A stretch of DNA of 64,000 nucleotides from a virus (Duplodnaviria > Heunggongvirae > Uroviricota > Caudoviricetes). Where the stretch lies: IMG/VR virus record IMGVR_UViG_3300026473_000783, one strand, 5' to 3'. Shown here piece by piece: positions 55,613-63,731 of the stretch. The notes below the pieces were generated by a model. That model was not told where the DNA came from and ran no database searches. It worked only from the letters and a program-made list of their open reading frames with translations. The position numbers and the translations under genes were made by a program. Positions within the stretch are counted from its first letter, which is position 1. The number at the start of each line of letters is the position of its first letter.

Positions 55613-55750
55613 AAAGCAAAATATGTGCCTGGCCTATAAGCTTTATATTAGATTTGGTGGAAAGAATTGTTTAAAGATTTGATAGTTTTCTGCTAAGTTG
55701 TTGATTTTATGAGGTGTCAATCTTTTAGTCGATGATTAAAAGAATGACAT
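55613..55750 (-). promoter_or_regulatory. sigma-54 promoter cassette
   Basis: CAGGCACATATTTTGCT; UAS 55700-55750. Confidence 0.55.
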
Positions 55751-55752
55751 AT

Positions 55753-56652
55753 CTATTTTAAGATTTTATCTTCTAATTCTTTAATAGATAGAGATCCCTT
55801 GTGAATTCCTCTGGGGTCTGATAAAATTATTTTTGATAACCTGTATTGGTTAAGTTTTGATATTTTTCTATATGTAGAGATTTGATTGTTTCTCATATAA
55901 AGCTTTTCTGATTGCTTCACTTCAATTCCAATTTTTTTCGTATTTGGAAAAATAACAAAATCTATTCTTTTTCGGCCAAGTTTGAATTCTTTAATGTATG
56001 GAATTTTTAGTTTTTTAAATAGATTTTCATAAATAGGATGTATTTTGTTAAGTTCAATTCTATTTTGAATTTTGGAAAATGGATTTTGACCTTTCATTAA
56101 ATGATCAAATCGACTAAATTTAACCGATCCGTTTTCACAACAAATCTTAACAAATCTTCTATTTTTAATAAATTGAGTACTTATAAATTTAAATTTTGGA
56201 TTAGCTAGTTTTCCTAATTTATTTATTTTTTCTATAACTTCTTTTTTTGATAGTTTATTTTGAATAAAAGGATTTTTTCTATTTTTTATGTTATCAAAAA
56301 AGGCTTCAATTGTTTTTCCAGTTGTGGCATTTTTAATCTTTATTAAGATTTTAGATTTTTCATTTCGTCTCATTGATACGTAAGAAAATTGAGGAATTGA
56401 TTGTTTTCCAATTTCTTCAACTATTTTTTTAGCTTTAAAATCTTGAATTCTTGAGAAAAGATTTTTATTTTTTGAGATCTTTGAAAAATTTATAGAAATA
56501 ATTTGTTCTGTTTTTAAATTTTGGATTTTAACCAAAATTTGGCCATATTTTCCTCTTTTTGAAGATATGAAAATAAACCTATCTAAAGCTTTTGCTCCAA
56601 TTTGGTTGGTTTTTTTCTTAATTTCCTCATTGCTTAATTTTCTCAAAAACAA
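55753..56652 (-). CDS. repeat protein with C-terminal PD-(D/E)xK nuclease-like domain (299 aa)
   Basis: RIDFVIFPNTKKIGIEVK; same module family as 9454..10806. Confidence 0.5.
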   Translation of the reverse strand: MFLRKLSNEEIKKKTNQIGAKALDRFIFISSKRGKYGQILVKIQNLKTEQIISINFSKISKNKNLFSRIQDFKAKKIVEEIGKQSIPQFSYVSMRRNEKSKILIKIKNATTGKTIEAFFDNIKNRKNPFIQNKLSKKEVIEKINKLGKLANPKFKFISTQFIKNRRFVKICCENGSVKFSRFDHLMKGQNPFSKIQNRIELNKIHPIYENLFKKLKIPYIKEFKLGRKRIDFVIFPNTKKIGIEVKQSEKLYMRNNQISTYRKISKLNQYRLSKIILSDPRGIHKGSLSIKELEDKILK

Positions 56653-56775
56653 ACTCCTCCTTCCAATTATAATCTAAAAATAATTATTTTAAAATTGTTT
56701 TTAAAGAATTGTCTCAAAAATAAGCATCTTAAATGAAATCTTCTTATTTAAAATAAAGCCTAAAAAGGAGCTTAA

Positions 56776-58308
56776 ATGAAAAAATCACAAATCTTGCCAA
56801 CTCTACTTGCCCTTACATTTTCTCTTGTCGCATGTAAAGAAATTGAAGTGGTTAAAACTAAAAAAGGAACAACATCTTCAAGTGCTGCGCCAATGGTTGA
56901 CTATGGAATTGCGCTTTATACAGCTCAAGAAGAATTGCTTGGAACTTCTAAATTGTTCAGTATTGACACAAAAGGTGTTATAAACAAAATACAAAGCGAA
57001 GAAGGCCAAGATCTTGAAAACTTATATATTAACACGGTTATACCTGTTAAAAGCGGCTTGATTTTTTCAGTTTATAATGGAAATTTAAATCAAAGCGAGA
57101 ATTATTTTACAAATGGTAAAACGGCTCAAAAATTAAGCTATACAGGTCAATTTTCAAGCTCAAAAGGTGAAAGTATCGATTATTCAAGATCAGCAAAAAC
57201 ACGCTTTTCTTTTTTCTGTAGCCAAGGAACGGCAATGGCTTGGGATGATAATTTAAAAACAATAACTGCAATTTCTCAGACAAGTGGGAGTTGTCAAGTC
57301 GCTTATTCTCAAAATAAACTTGTCGTGGTTAATTCAGATTACCAAATGTTTTTCATGGGGCCTTCAACGATTTCAACTAAAATCACAAAATTTTCATTTA
57401 ATGAAGATTCTATTGGTGAGCCTGAAGTTATGAGTGATTCATCAAGTTTGATCAACTACGTTGATTCTTTAGATGTTGTTGATAATAAAGTAATTATGAT
57501 TAGAACTATTGGTGCAGATTATTCTAATGTTGTTAGAAGCATTGTTTCAATAAATCTTGACAATAATTCTTCAGAAAATCTTCTTTCAGTTTCTGGAAAT
57601 GATTCATATATTTATAAACTAACTAATAAAAAACTAGATAATGGAAAATTATTTTTTGTTGAACAACGCTATTTTCAAGGTGATAGTTACGATGTTTTAT
57701 ATGAAGACACTCAAAACGTTTACTACTCTTCAACGGGTTATCAAAATCGTAAACTTATCTCTTACAGCAGTCAAGAGGGCTTATCTGTTTTAATCGATAA
57801 AACTTATCAATCAGAAAATTTAGGTTATGAGTTTATTGTTGGAGAAGATACGGCGTTCGTGATTAAAGATCAATACTATCCTTCTCAAGAGGGAGATTCT
57901 TATAGAACTTACAATCTTTATAATTTAAATGATTTAGAAAATCCTATATTAGCTTCATATTACGATAGCAGAGTACCAAGTCAACAAGTCTTCCACTTTT
58001 TAGATCTTAAAACTGGTCTTATTATAGTCTCAAAAGATATGGTTCAGCCAGATCAGCCAACTCAAAAAGAAATAACTGCATACGTTTTACCTTCGGCGAC
58101 TAGAGAATTAGGTGTTGATAAAAGAATTGTGTTGGGGAATTTTAACTATGTTAACTTTATAAACTTTTACGGACAAGTTTTATATAACTATTCAAGTTAT
58201 ATTTCAGAAACGGATTCTTATGAGATGAAAGCCGGATTTGTAAGTGTTCTCAAAGATTCGGCACAAATGATTGAACAGCTAAACCCAATGTTTTTAAACA
58301 ACAACTAG
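56776..58308 (+). CDS. lipoprotein (510 aa)
   Basis: LLALTFSLVAC lipobox; RBS AAAGGAG. Confidence 0.55.
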   Translation: MKKSQILPTLLALTFSLVACKEIEVVKTKKGTTSSSAAPMVDYGIALYTAQEELLGTSKLFSIDTKGVINKIQSEEGQDLENLYINTVIPVKSGLIFSVYNGNLNQSENYFTNGKTAQKLSYTGQFSSSKGESIDYSRSAKTRFSFFCSQGTAMAWDDNLKTITAISQTSGSCQVAYSQNKLVVVNSDYQMFFMGPSTISTKITKFSFNEDSIGEPEVMSDSSSLINYVDSLDVVDNKVIMIRTIGADYSNVVRSIVSINLDNNSSENLLSVSGNDSYIYKLTNKKLDNGKLFFVEQRYFQGDSYDVLYEDTQNVYYSSTGYQNRKLISYSSQEGLSVLIDKTYQSENLGYEFIVGEDTAFVIKDQYYPSQEGDSYRTYNLYNLNDLENPILASYYDSRVPSQQVFHFLDLKTGLIIVSKDMVQPDQPTQKEITAYVLPSATRELGVDKRIVLGNFNYVNFINFYGQVLYNYSSYISETDSYEMKAGFVSVLKDSAQMIEQLNPMFLNNN

Positions 58309-58323
58309 AGATAAGAGGATTAT

Positions 58324-59112
58324 ATGAAAAAAACAATTATTACCGCAGTTCTAGCCTTTTCTCAAATCACGACAGCTAGTCAAATGAAATGGGAAGAGAT
58401 TAAAGTTCAAAAAGGCTATATCTTATCGATTGATTTAAAGAAAAATAAAGAATGCAAAAACATTTGGACTGAGCAAATTAAAGCTTTTAAAGCGATGAAT
58501 CCTCAAATTAAAAATGTAAATTTGATTAGAGTCAATAAAAAGATTAAAGTTCAAAACTGTAAAATAGAGATTGAACCTGTAAAAGAGCAAGTTCAATCTC
58601 CTATTGAAAAATTAACCATTGCTGAAAAGAAGGTCGTGGATCAGCTTTTTTTAGAAGTTTTCAGCGGTGTTAGCTTTTTAGGTGAAAAGTCAAAAGAAGA
58701 CAGCTCTAAACAAGGTGTTAGTTTAGGCGCTAAAGTTGGAAGAATTGTCGCAAAAGAGGGTAAAAAAGTATCTATGTCTGCAGGTTTATTGGTTAATAGA
58801 AGTGAGACTCGTGATAATAACGACGAATTAGGCGTTTATAAGCTCAATACAGCGATTTTAACCCTTGATTGGTCATATCTAGTGGATTTATCGGAAAAAT
58901 TAAGCGTAGGGCCTAAGTTGAGCCTTGGATTATCGGATGATTTGTCTTTTGCTGACGTTAAGAAAGAAGATAAGGCTGGCTTATATTTAGGTTTAGAAAG
59001 TCTTATTGATTTAAAAGAGAATAATTCTTTAGCGATTTCTGTAAATCAAAGAGCTGATGATTTATCTAGAACGAACATTTTACTTAATTTTGGTTTAAGA
59101 TTTGGTTTTTAA
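58324..59112 (+). CDS. outer-membrane beta-barrel protein candidate
   Basis: Signal peptide, alternating amphipathic C-terminal strands ending ...LNFGLRFGF (terminal Phe). Confidence 0.5.
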   Translation: MKKTIITAVLAFSQITTASQMKWEEIKVQKGYILSIDLKKNKECKNIWTEQIKAFKAMNPQIKNVNLIRVNKKIKVQNCKIEIEPVKEQVQSPIEKLTIAEKKVVDQLFLEVFSGVSFLGEKSKEDSSKQGVSLGAKVGRIVAKEGKKVSMSAGLLVNRSETRDNNDELGVYKLNTAILTLDWSYLVDLSEKLSVGPKLSLGLSDDLSFADVKKEDKAGLYLGLESLIDLKENNSLAISVNQRADDLSRTNILLNFGLRFGF

Positions 59113-59163
59113 TTAAATTTGTTTTTTCAAAGAAAAGAGGAAGCTTAAAAGGTTTTCTCTTTT

Positions 59164-59691
59164 TTAATTTTTAATTGATTCTTTTATCAAGTCTAAACAA
59201 TCTTCTTTTGAAAAGTTGCTACTCATACATTCTTTAATGAGTTGATTTGATTTAAGGGAGATTTCTTTTTTTAAATCGTTGCTTACAGATTTTTGAAAAG
59301 TTCTTAATAAATAAGCATTTCTAATTTTTTCTTTGTCGCAACTATATAAAAAATAATATCCATTCTTAAAACACTCCTCTTTAATGATTGAATAAGATAT
59401 GTTTCCTTGTTTGTTCTTAAAATCTTGAAATTTAATAGTTCTAAAAGCCAATGAATAAAAAGAGAATAATAGTGTTAATAGGAAAAATAAAAAATTACGA
59501 TATTTATGAGGGTGGTCTGAAAATATATTAAATAAAGAAATAACATTCATTACGGAGATTGCCCCAAAAGAAAGAATTGCAACAGCTTTAAATTCTTCGG
59601 CTAAAACTGAATTTTCGTAAGTTGAGTTTGTTATTGAAAAAAACAGACCTGTTGCTAAAAAAATGTAAATAGAAAATTTTATTGTTTTCAC
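59164..59691 (-). CDS. membrane protein (175 aa)
   Basis: Three N-terminal TM segments. Confidence 0.45.
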   Translation of the reverse strand: MKTIKFSIYIFLATGLFFSITNSTYENSVLAEEFKAVAILSFGAISVMNVISLFNIFSDHPHKYRNFLFFLLTLLFSFYSLAFRTIKFQDFKNKQGNISYSIIKEECFKNGYYFLYSCDKEKIRNAYLLRTFQKSVSNDLKKEISLKSNQLIKECMSSNFSKEDCLDLIKESIKN

Positions 59692-59740
59692 ACATCTATT
59701 GTTTCGAAATTATTAAATAAAGTCAATAATTTCATAAAGA

Positions 59741-60088
59741 TTGTATCATTTCGATTCATTTTATCGTTTTTTTAAGTGTTTTTTCTATTTAACAAATGGG
59801 GGATATATGAAAAAAGGTTTTTTAATTTTAGTTCTTGAGAGCAGCAAAGAGAATATATATGATGAAAGTGAGGTTTTTGAAGTTGATCAAAATTGGAAAG
59901 ATAATTCAGATCTTATCGAAAAAATAAAAGAGTTTTCACAAAAATCTTTGAAGCTAAATGAAAAATCTACAGACGAAACGTTTTTTGTATCTATTGACGT
60001 AGTGGAATGTCCAGAAGGTCTTTTATCTGTTTTTGAAGAAATTGAAAACTATACGGAAAAATTTTGCGACGATTTAAGCAATTCTTAA
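59741..60088 (+). CDS. hypothetical acidic protein
   Basis: ORF only. Confidence 0.35.
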   Translation: MYHFDSFYRFFKCFFYLTNGGYMKKGFLILVLESSKENIYDESEVFEVDQNWKDNSDLIEKIKEFSQKSLKLNEKSTDETFFVSIDVVECPEGLLSVFEEIENYTEKFCDDLSNS

Positions 60089-60142
60089 TTTTTTAAGATC
60101 TTTTATAATAACAAAGACAATTCTGAAAAGATTTGTCTTTTT

Positions 60143-60613
60143 TTATTTAAAAGCTTCTAATATCTCTTTTTTGTTTAATAGATTCTTAATGGTCGTTTTA
60201 TAGTTTGGATTTGGCACTATTCTAACATATTTATAACAACCTTTATCTAGTTTTAAAGCTAAAAGACATATTTCAACGGTTTGTTCTTCTACAAACTGAA
60301 TAGATCCACTCCACTTTTCAATTGCTAGTTTACACAATTCTTTCGTTTGATTTTTTACAAACATTAAACACCAAGGTTCTTGTTTAATAGAGAATTCACA
60401 AATTTTATTTATCTGATTGTTTATTACAGATAAAATTGTTGGATCTAATTTTAAATAATCACAAATTTCTTCTTCATTTAATTGATTTAGCCAATTAACA
60501 AAAGTTTTATGCTCTTTTTTTGAGCAAATTTGTAGATTTGACCAGTCTTTAAAATGCCAAGCTTGATTTCTTAAATTTTCTTCAAATAAAGATTTAATTT
60601 CTTTATTTGTCAT
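60143..60613 (-). CDS. family-B DUF4116-like repeat protein
   Basis: ...VRIVPNPNYKTTIKNLLNKKEILEAFK. Confidence 0.55.
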   Translation of the reverse strand: MTNKEIKSLFEENLRNQAWHFKDWSNLQICSKKEHKTFVNWLNQLNEEEICDYLKLDPTILSVINNQINKICEFSIKQEPWCLMFVKNQTKELCKLAIEKWSGSIQFVEEQTVEICLLALKLDKGCYKYVRIVPNPNYKTTIKNLLNKKEILEAFK

Positions 60614-61077
60614 TTTAAAGCCTCTAAAATAGCTTTTTTCTCTAATAGATTTTTAAGGGTCATTTCATAATTAGTATTTGGGACAATTCTAATATGCGAA
60701 TAAACTTCACTATCTGATTTTAAAGCTAAAAGGCACAAATCCACAGTTTGTTCTTTAACATTTTTTATAATGAATGGATTGAATTGAATCGCTATTGAAA
60801 ACAATCTTTCACTTGGATCTTTAATTGATAAAACAAGATGAGGAATTCGACTAATTGCGATAATAGCCAAATATTCGTCAAGATTTGTCAAAACTGAAAT
60901 AATGGTTGGACTCTTCTGAACATAGCTAATCAATTCTTTTGTGTTTAATTGATTAAGCCATGTTATGAAAATAGACATTTCATATTCAGAACAAACCTTT
61001 AATACTTTCCAATTCCAGAATAGAACGCCACTTTCTACATTTTTATCAAATAATCTTTTAATTTCGCTATTTTTCAT
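60610..61077 (-). CDS. family-B DUF4116-like repeat protein
   Basis: ...IRIVPNTNYEMTLKNLLEKKAILEALK; 4-nt overlaps on both sides. Confidence 0.55.
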   Translation of the reverse strand: MKNSEIKRLFDKNVESGVLFWNWKVLKVCSEYEMSIFITWLNQLNTKELISYVQKSPTIISVLTNLDEYLAIIAISRIPHLVLSIKDPSERLFSIAIQFNPFIIKNVKEQTVDLCLLALKSDSEVYSHIRIVPNTNYEMTLKNLLEKKAILEALK

Positions 61078-61675
61078 TTTTTATTTTTTCAAAAACAGCA
61101 CAAACTCGTTTTATCTGATTTTTACAATCATCAATAGCATTATGCTTTTCACCTTTAAATTCAATTTCTTTTTTCGAATTAAAATTAAAAGCCCTCATTC
61201 CAATATCGTCATAGGTCCGAACATCTGCATCATCCCAGTACTTCCAAGGAGCTTCAATGCTACAAGCGTTATAAGCGGATCTAACCCAGACACAATCAGC
61301 AACAGGCCCGTTTCCCCAAACCTTAACTTTTGAACAGTTATTTTTTTTCATCTCTTCCTTTAACCAATCGGTAAAAGCAAAAAGAACTTCTCTTAACTCC
61401 TCACCTTCTGTAAAAGCTTTTAAAATAACCTTATTGAAAACAGATTCTTCCTGTTTAAGCCAAAAATCCATTGTCGGAACGCTTCCATAAGGACTCTCAC
61501 AAGACAAACCTACTTTAGCACAAGATTGAGGCTTAATGAATCGATTAAACTCACTTAGAGGTTTTCCTGACTCGATTTGAAATGAAACTGCAGATAACTG
61601 AGTGATAACTGGTTTAAGACCGTTTCCTAACGTTTCAACATCAAGCATTATATCTAATGTATTTGACTTAATCAT
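61067..61675 (-). CDS. DEDDh-type 3'-5' exonuclease
   Basis: MLDVETLGN (Exo I D.E), VWGNG (Exo II), HNAIDD (Exo III). Confidence 0.55.
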   Translation of the reverse strand: MIKSNTLDIMLDVETLGNGLKPVITQLSAVSFQIESGKPLSEFNRFIKPQSCAKVGLSCESPYGSVPTMDFWLKQEESVFNKVILKAFTEGEELREVLFAFTDWLKEEMKKNNCSKVKVWGNGPVADCVWVRSAYNACSIEAPWKYWDDADVRTYDDIGMRAFNFNSKKEIEFKGEKHNAIDDCKNQIKRVCAVFEKIKNEK

Positions 61676-61935
61676 AACGATTCTCTTAAATTACCAGATT
61701 CTTCAGTTCCGTTTTGTTCAATCTCCTGGCCCATTTTGATTTTATCTTCTCTTGAATTATCTCGAATCGAAGAACCAAAATAATCTTCAGCTAATTGAAT
61801 TAAATAACGCTCCTTAGCTTCTTTAATTGTTCTAAACGGACCCAAAGGGGATCTATCGAAATAATTTGGGTATTTAACAAAAAATCCACTATCCTTTTTT
61901 ACTACTGACGCATCGCACATTTCTAAAACTTTCAC
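61672..61935 (-). CDS. hypothetical protein (87 aa)
   Basis: GTG start after RBS AGGAG; overlaps exonuclease start. Confidence 0.4.
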   Translation of the reverse strand: MKVLEMCDASVVKKDSGFFVKYPNYFDRSPLGPFRTIKEAKERYLIQLAEDYFGSSIRDNSREDKIKMGQEIEQNGTEESGNLRESL

Positions 61936-61965
61936 ATTTTCTCCTTTTTTTTGTTGTTAATATAA

Positions 61966-61992
61966 TTATCGTCGTTTTTTTTAAAAACTTAA
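61966..61992 (-). promoter_or_regulatory. sigma-28-type promoter candidate (weaker)
   Basis: TTAAGTTT-N11-GACGATAA upstream of exonuclease operon. Confidence 0.35.
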
Positions 61993-62009
61993 CACTTTTT
62001 TTAATTTTC

Positions 62010-62435
62010 TCATTTTAAGGCATCTAAGATAGCTTTTTTCTCTTTAAGATTTTTTAGAGTCGTCTCATGATCTGGATTTGGGACGATTTTTATATTTTTA
62101 TAACAATTATAAACACCATTTGGGATCATAATTGTTTCTTTGATTAAAGCTAAAATACACAAGTCGACTGTTTGATCTCGAATGAAAGCAATTGAATAAG
62201 GATCTCTTTCAATAACCATTTTGCATACTTTATAGGATTGATTTGTGATTACAGATAAAATAGTTTGATCTTTATCAAGATAATCACAAATCTTTTGTTC
62301 AGGTAATTGATTTAACAATTTTATAATTAGATTCATTTCTTTTTTATTAAAAACACCAAAATTTTCCCAAAAAATAAAAGGGTGTGGGGACGTCAGTTTT
62401 TCTTCAAATAATTTTTGAATTTTACCACTTTTCAT
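62010..62435 (-). CDS. family-B DUF4116-like repeat protein
   Basis: ...IKIVPNPDHETTLKNLKEKKAILDALK. Confidence 0.55.
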   Translation of the reverse strand: MKSGKIQKLFEEKLTSPHPFIFWENFGVFNKKEMNLIIKLLNQLPEQKICDYLDKDQTILSVITNQSYKVCKMVIERDPYSIAFIRDQTVDLCILALIKETIMIPNGVYNCYKNIKIVPNPDHETTLKNLKEKKAILDALK

Positions 62436-62908
62436 TTAAGAGCCTCTAAAATATCTTTTTTATTTTTAAGATTTAATAGGGTCGTCTCAACATCTGGATT
62501 AGGAACAATTCTAACATCTTTATATGAATAATATAAAGAATTATTCTCTAGTGCGAAAAGACATAAATCAACAGTTTGCTCTTTAATTAAGAAAAGAACG
62601 TTTGTATCCAATTGTAAAGCAAACAGGCAAATACTTTCTGTTTGATTTTTAATATGTTTTAAAGAGTATGGATTTATTGAAATAGCCCTTTCACAAATTT
62701 TTATGGATTGATCTTCTCTTGCTGAAAGAATAGACCAATCAGTCTTCAAAAAATCACAAAACTCATCTTCGCTTAATTGGTTTATCCATTTTTTAAAAAA
62801 CTTCATTTCATGTTTGTCACAAATTTTTCTATCAAGCCAATCCTCAAACAAATATTTATGTTTTTTATGACGTTCCTTAAATAAAGCTTCAATTTGATCA
62901 TTTCTCAT
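62432..62908 (-). CDS. family-B DUF4116-like repeat protein
   Basis: ...VRIVPNPDVETTLLNLKNKKDILEALK. Confidence 0.55.
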   Translation of the reverse strand: MRNDQIEALFKERHKKHKYLFEDWLDRKICDKHEMKFFKKWINQLSEDEFCDFLKTDWSILSAREDQSIKICERAISINPYSLKHIKNQTESICLFALQLDTNVLFLIKEQTVDLCLFALENNSLYYSYKDVRIVPNPDVETTLLNLKNKKDILEALK

Positions 62909-62918
62909 TAAAATCCTC

Positions 62919-63401
62919 TTAAAAAGAATCTAAAATAGATTTTTTAGCATATAAATTTTTAAGTGTTGTCTCATGATCTGGATTTTGGACAATTTTAACC
63001 ATTGTAAAGTTTAAAAGATTCAAGTTTTTAGTTTTTTTCTTTTCTTCTTCTAATGCTAAAATACAAGTTTCAACGTCTTGATCAAATCTAATCAATCCAA
63101 AACTTACATAGGAATCTTTAATACAAATAATTGCTTCTTTTTTAGAAAGTTTATCTTTTTTATAAATTCCATAAGAATAACTATAAGACAAGAGTTCTAA
63201 CCAATAGTCTTCACTTTTATTTTCTAAATATCTCGCAATAAAAGGGTAGTTTTGTGTATGTTCATAAATTTCTTTAGGAGATAAACTATTAAGCAGAGAT
63301 ATGATCTCTTGTTGAGAACTTTCCGTTAAAAATCCTGTGTTTTTTAAAACATCAAGGCTCATTCCCTTTTTTAATAAGTTCTTTAATTTTACTATATCCA
63401 T
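62919..63401 (-). CDS. family-B-like protein, divergent N-terminus
   Basis: ...VKIVQNPDHETTLKNLYAKKSILDSF. Confidence 0.45.
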   Translation of the reverse strand: MDIVKLKNLLKKGMSLDVLKNTGFLTESSQQEIISLLNSLSPKEIYEHTQNYPFIARYLENKSEDYWLELLSYSYSYGIYKKDKLSKKEAIICIKDSYVSFGLIRFDQDVETCILALEEEKKKTKNLNLLNFTMVKIVQNPDHETTLKNLYAKKSILDSF

Positions 63402-63483
63402 TTAATCATTATAAAGGAAAGTTTTAAGTTTTTAAAGAAATAAGTTAAAATGTATCGATTCGAATCATTTTATTTTAAAATTG

Positions 63484-63512
63484 TTTACAAAATAATATTT
63501 TTTTAATAGAAT
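63484..63512 (+). promoter_or_regulatory. sigma-70-like promoter
   Basis: TTTACA-N17-TAGAAT upstream of 63534..63728. Confidence 0.4.
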
Positions 63513-63533
63513 CATAGGATAGAGGAGAATTTT

Positions 63534-63728
63534 ATGGAAAAAAAATGTTGTGGTGGAAATTGTCATAAACCTAATAAAAAAGAAGACCTTTATTTACATG
63601 AATACGATAATGGAGAAATTGAAGTGGTTTCTGGAAAAGATAGATCTGACGCAAAGATCCAAAATTCTTCTGGTCATTTAAGAATTAAACGATATAAACT
63701 TGTTGAAGTGGCTGAAAAAGGCTGTTAG
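63534..63728 (+). CDS. hypothetical Cys-rich small protein (64 aa)
   Basis: RBS AGGAGAAT; sigma-70-like promoter 63484-63512. Confidence 0.4.
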   Translation: MEKKCCGGNCHKPNKKEDLYLHEYDNGEIEVVSGKDRSDAKIQNSSGHLRIKRYKLVEVAEKGC

Positions 63729-63731
63729 AGA

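Noticed and set aside
1785-55750. CRISPR array interpretation of the many ~50-bp near-identical repeats
   Set aside because: Repeats are 0.5-3 kb apart, each is followed by a -24/-12 element and a gene, and they are palindromic binding-site-like rather than separated by short unique spacers. These are promoter cassettes.
1785-55750. TTGACA inside the UAS as a sigma-70 -35 box
   Set aside because: No -10 hexamer at 16-18 nt; the site lies about 100 bp from the start codon and is always paired with a sigma-54 -24/-12 element.
60965-61333. Plus-strand ORF spanning the family-B / exonuclease junction
   Set aside because: Antisense; F/I/N-rich low-complexity translation.
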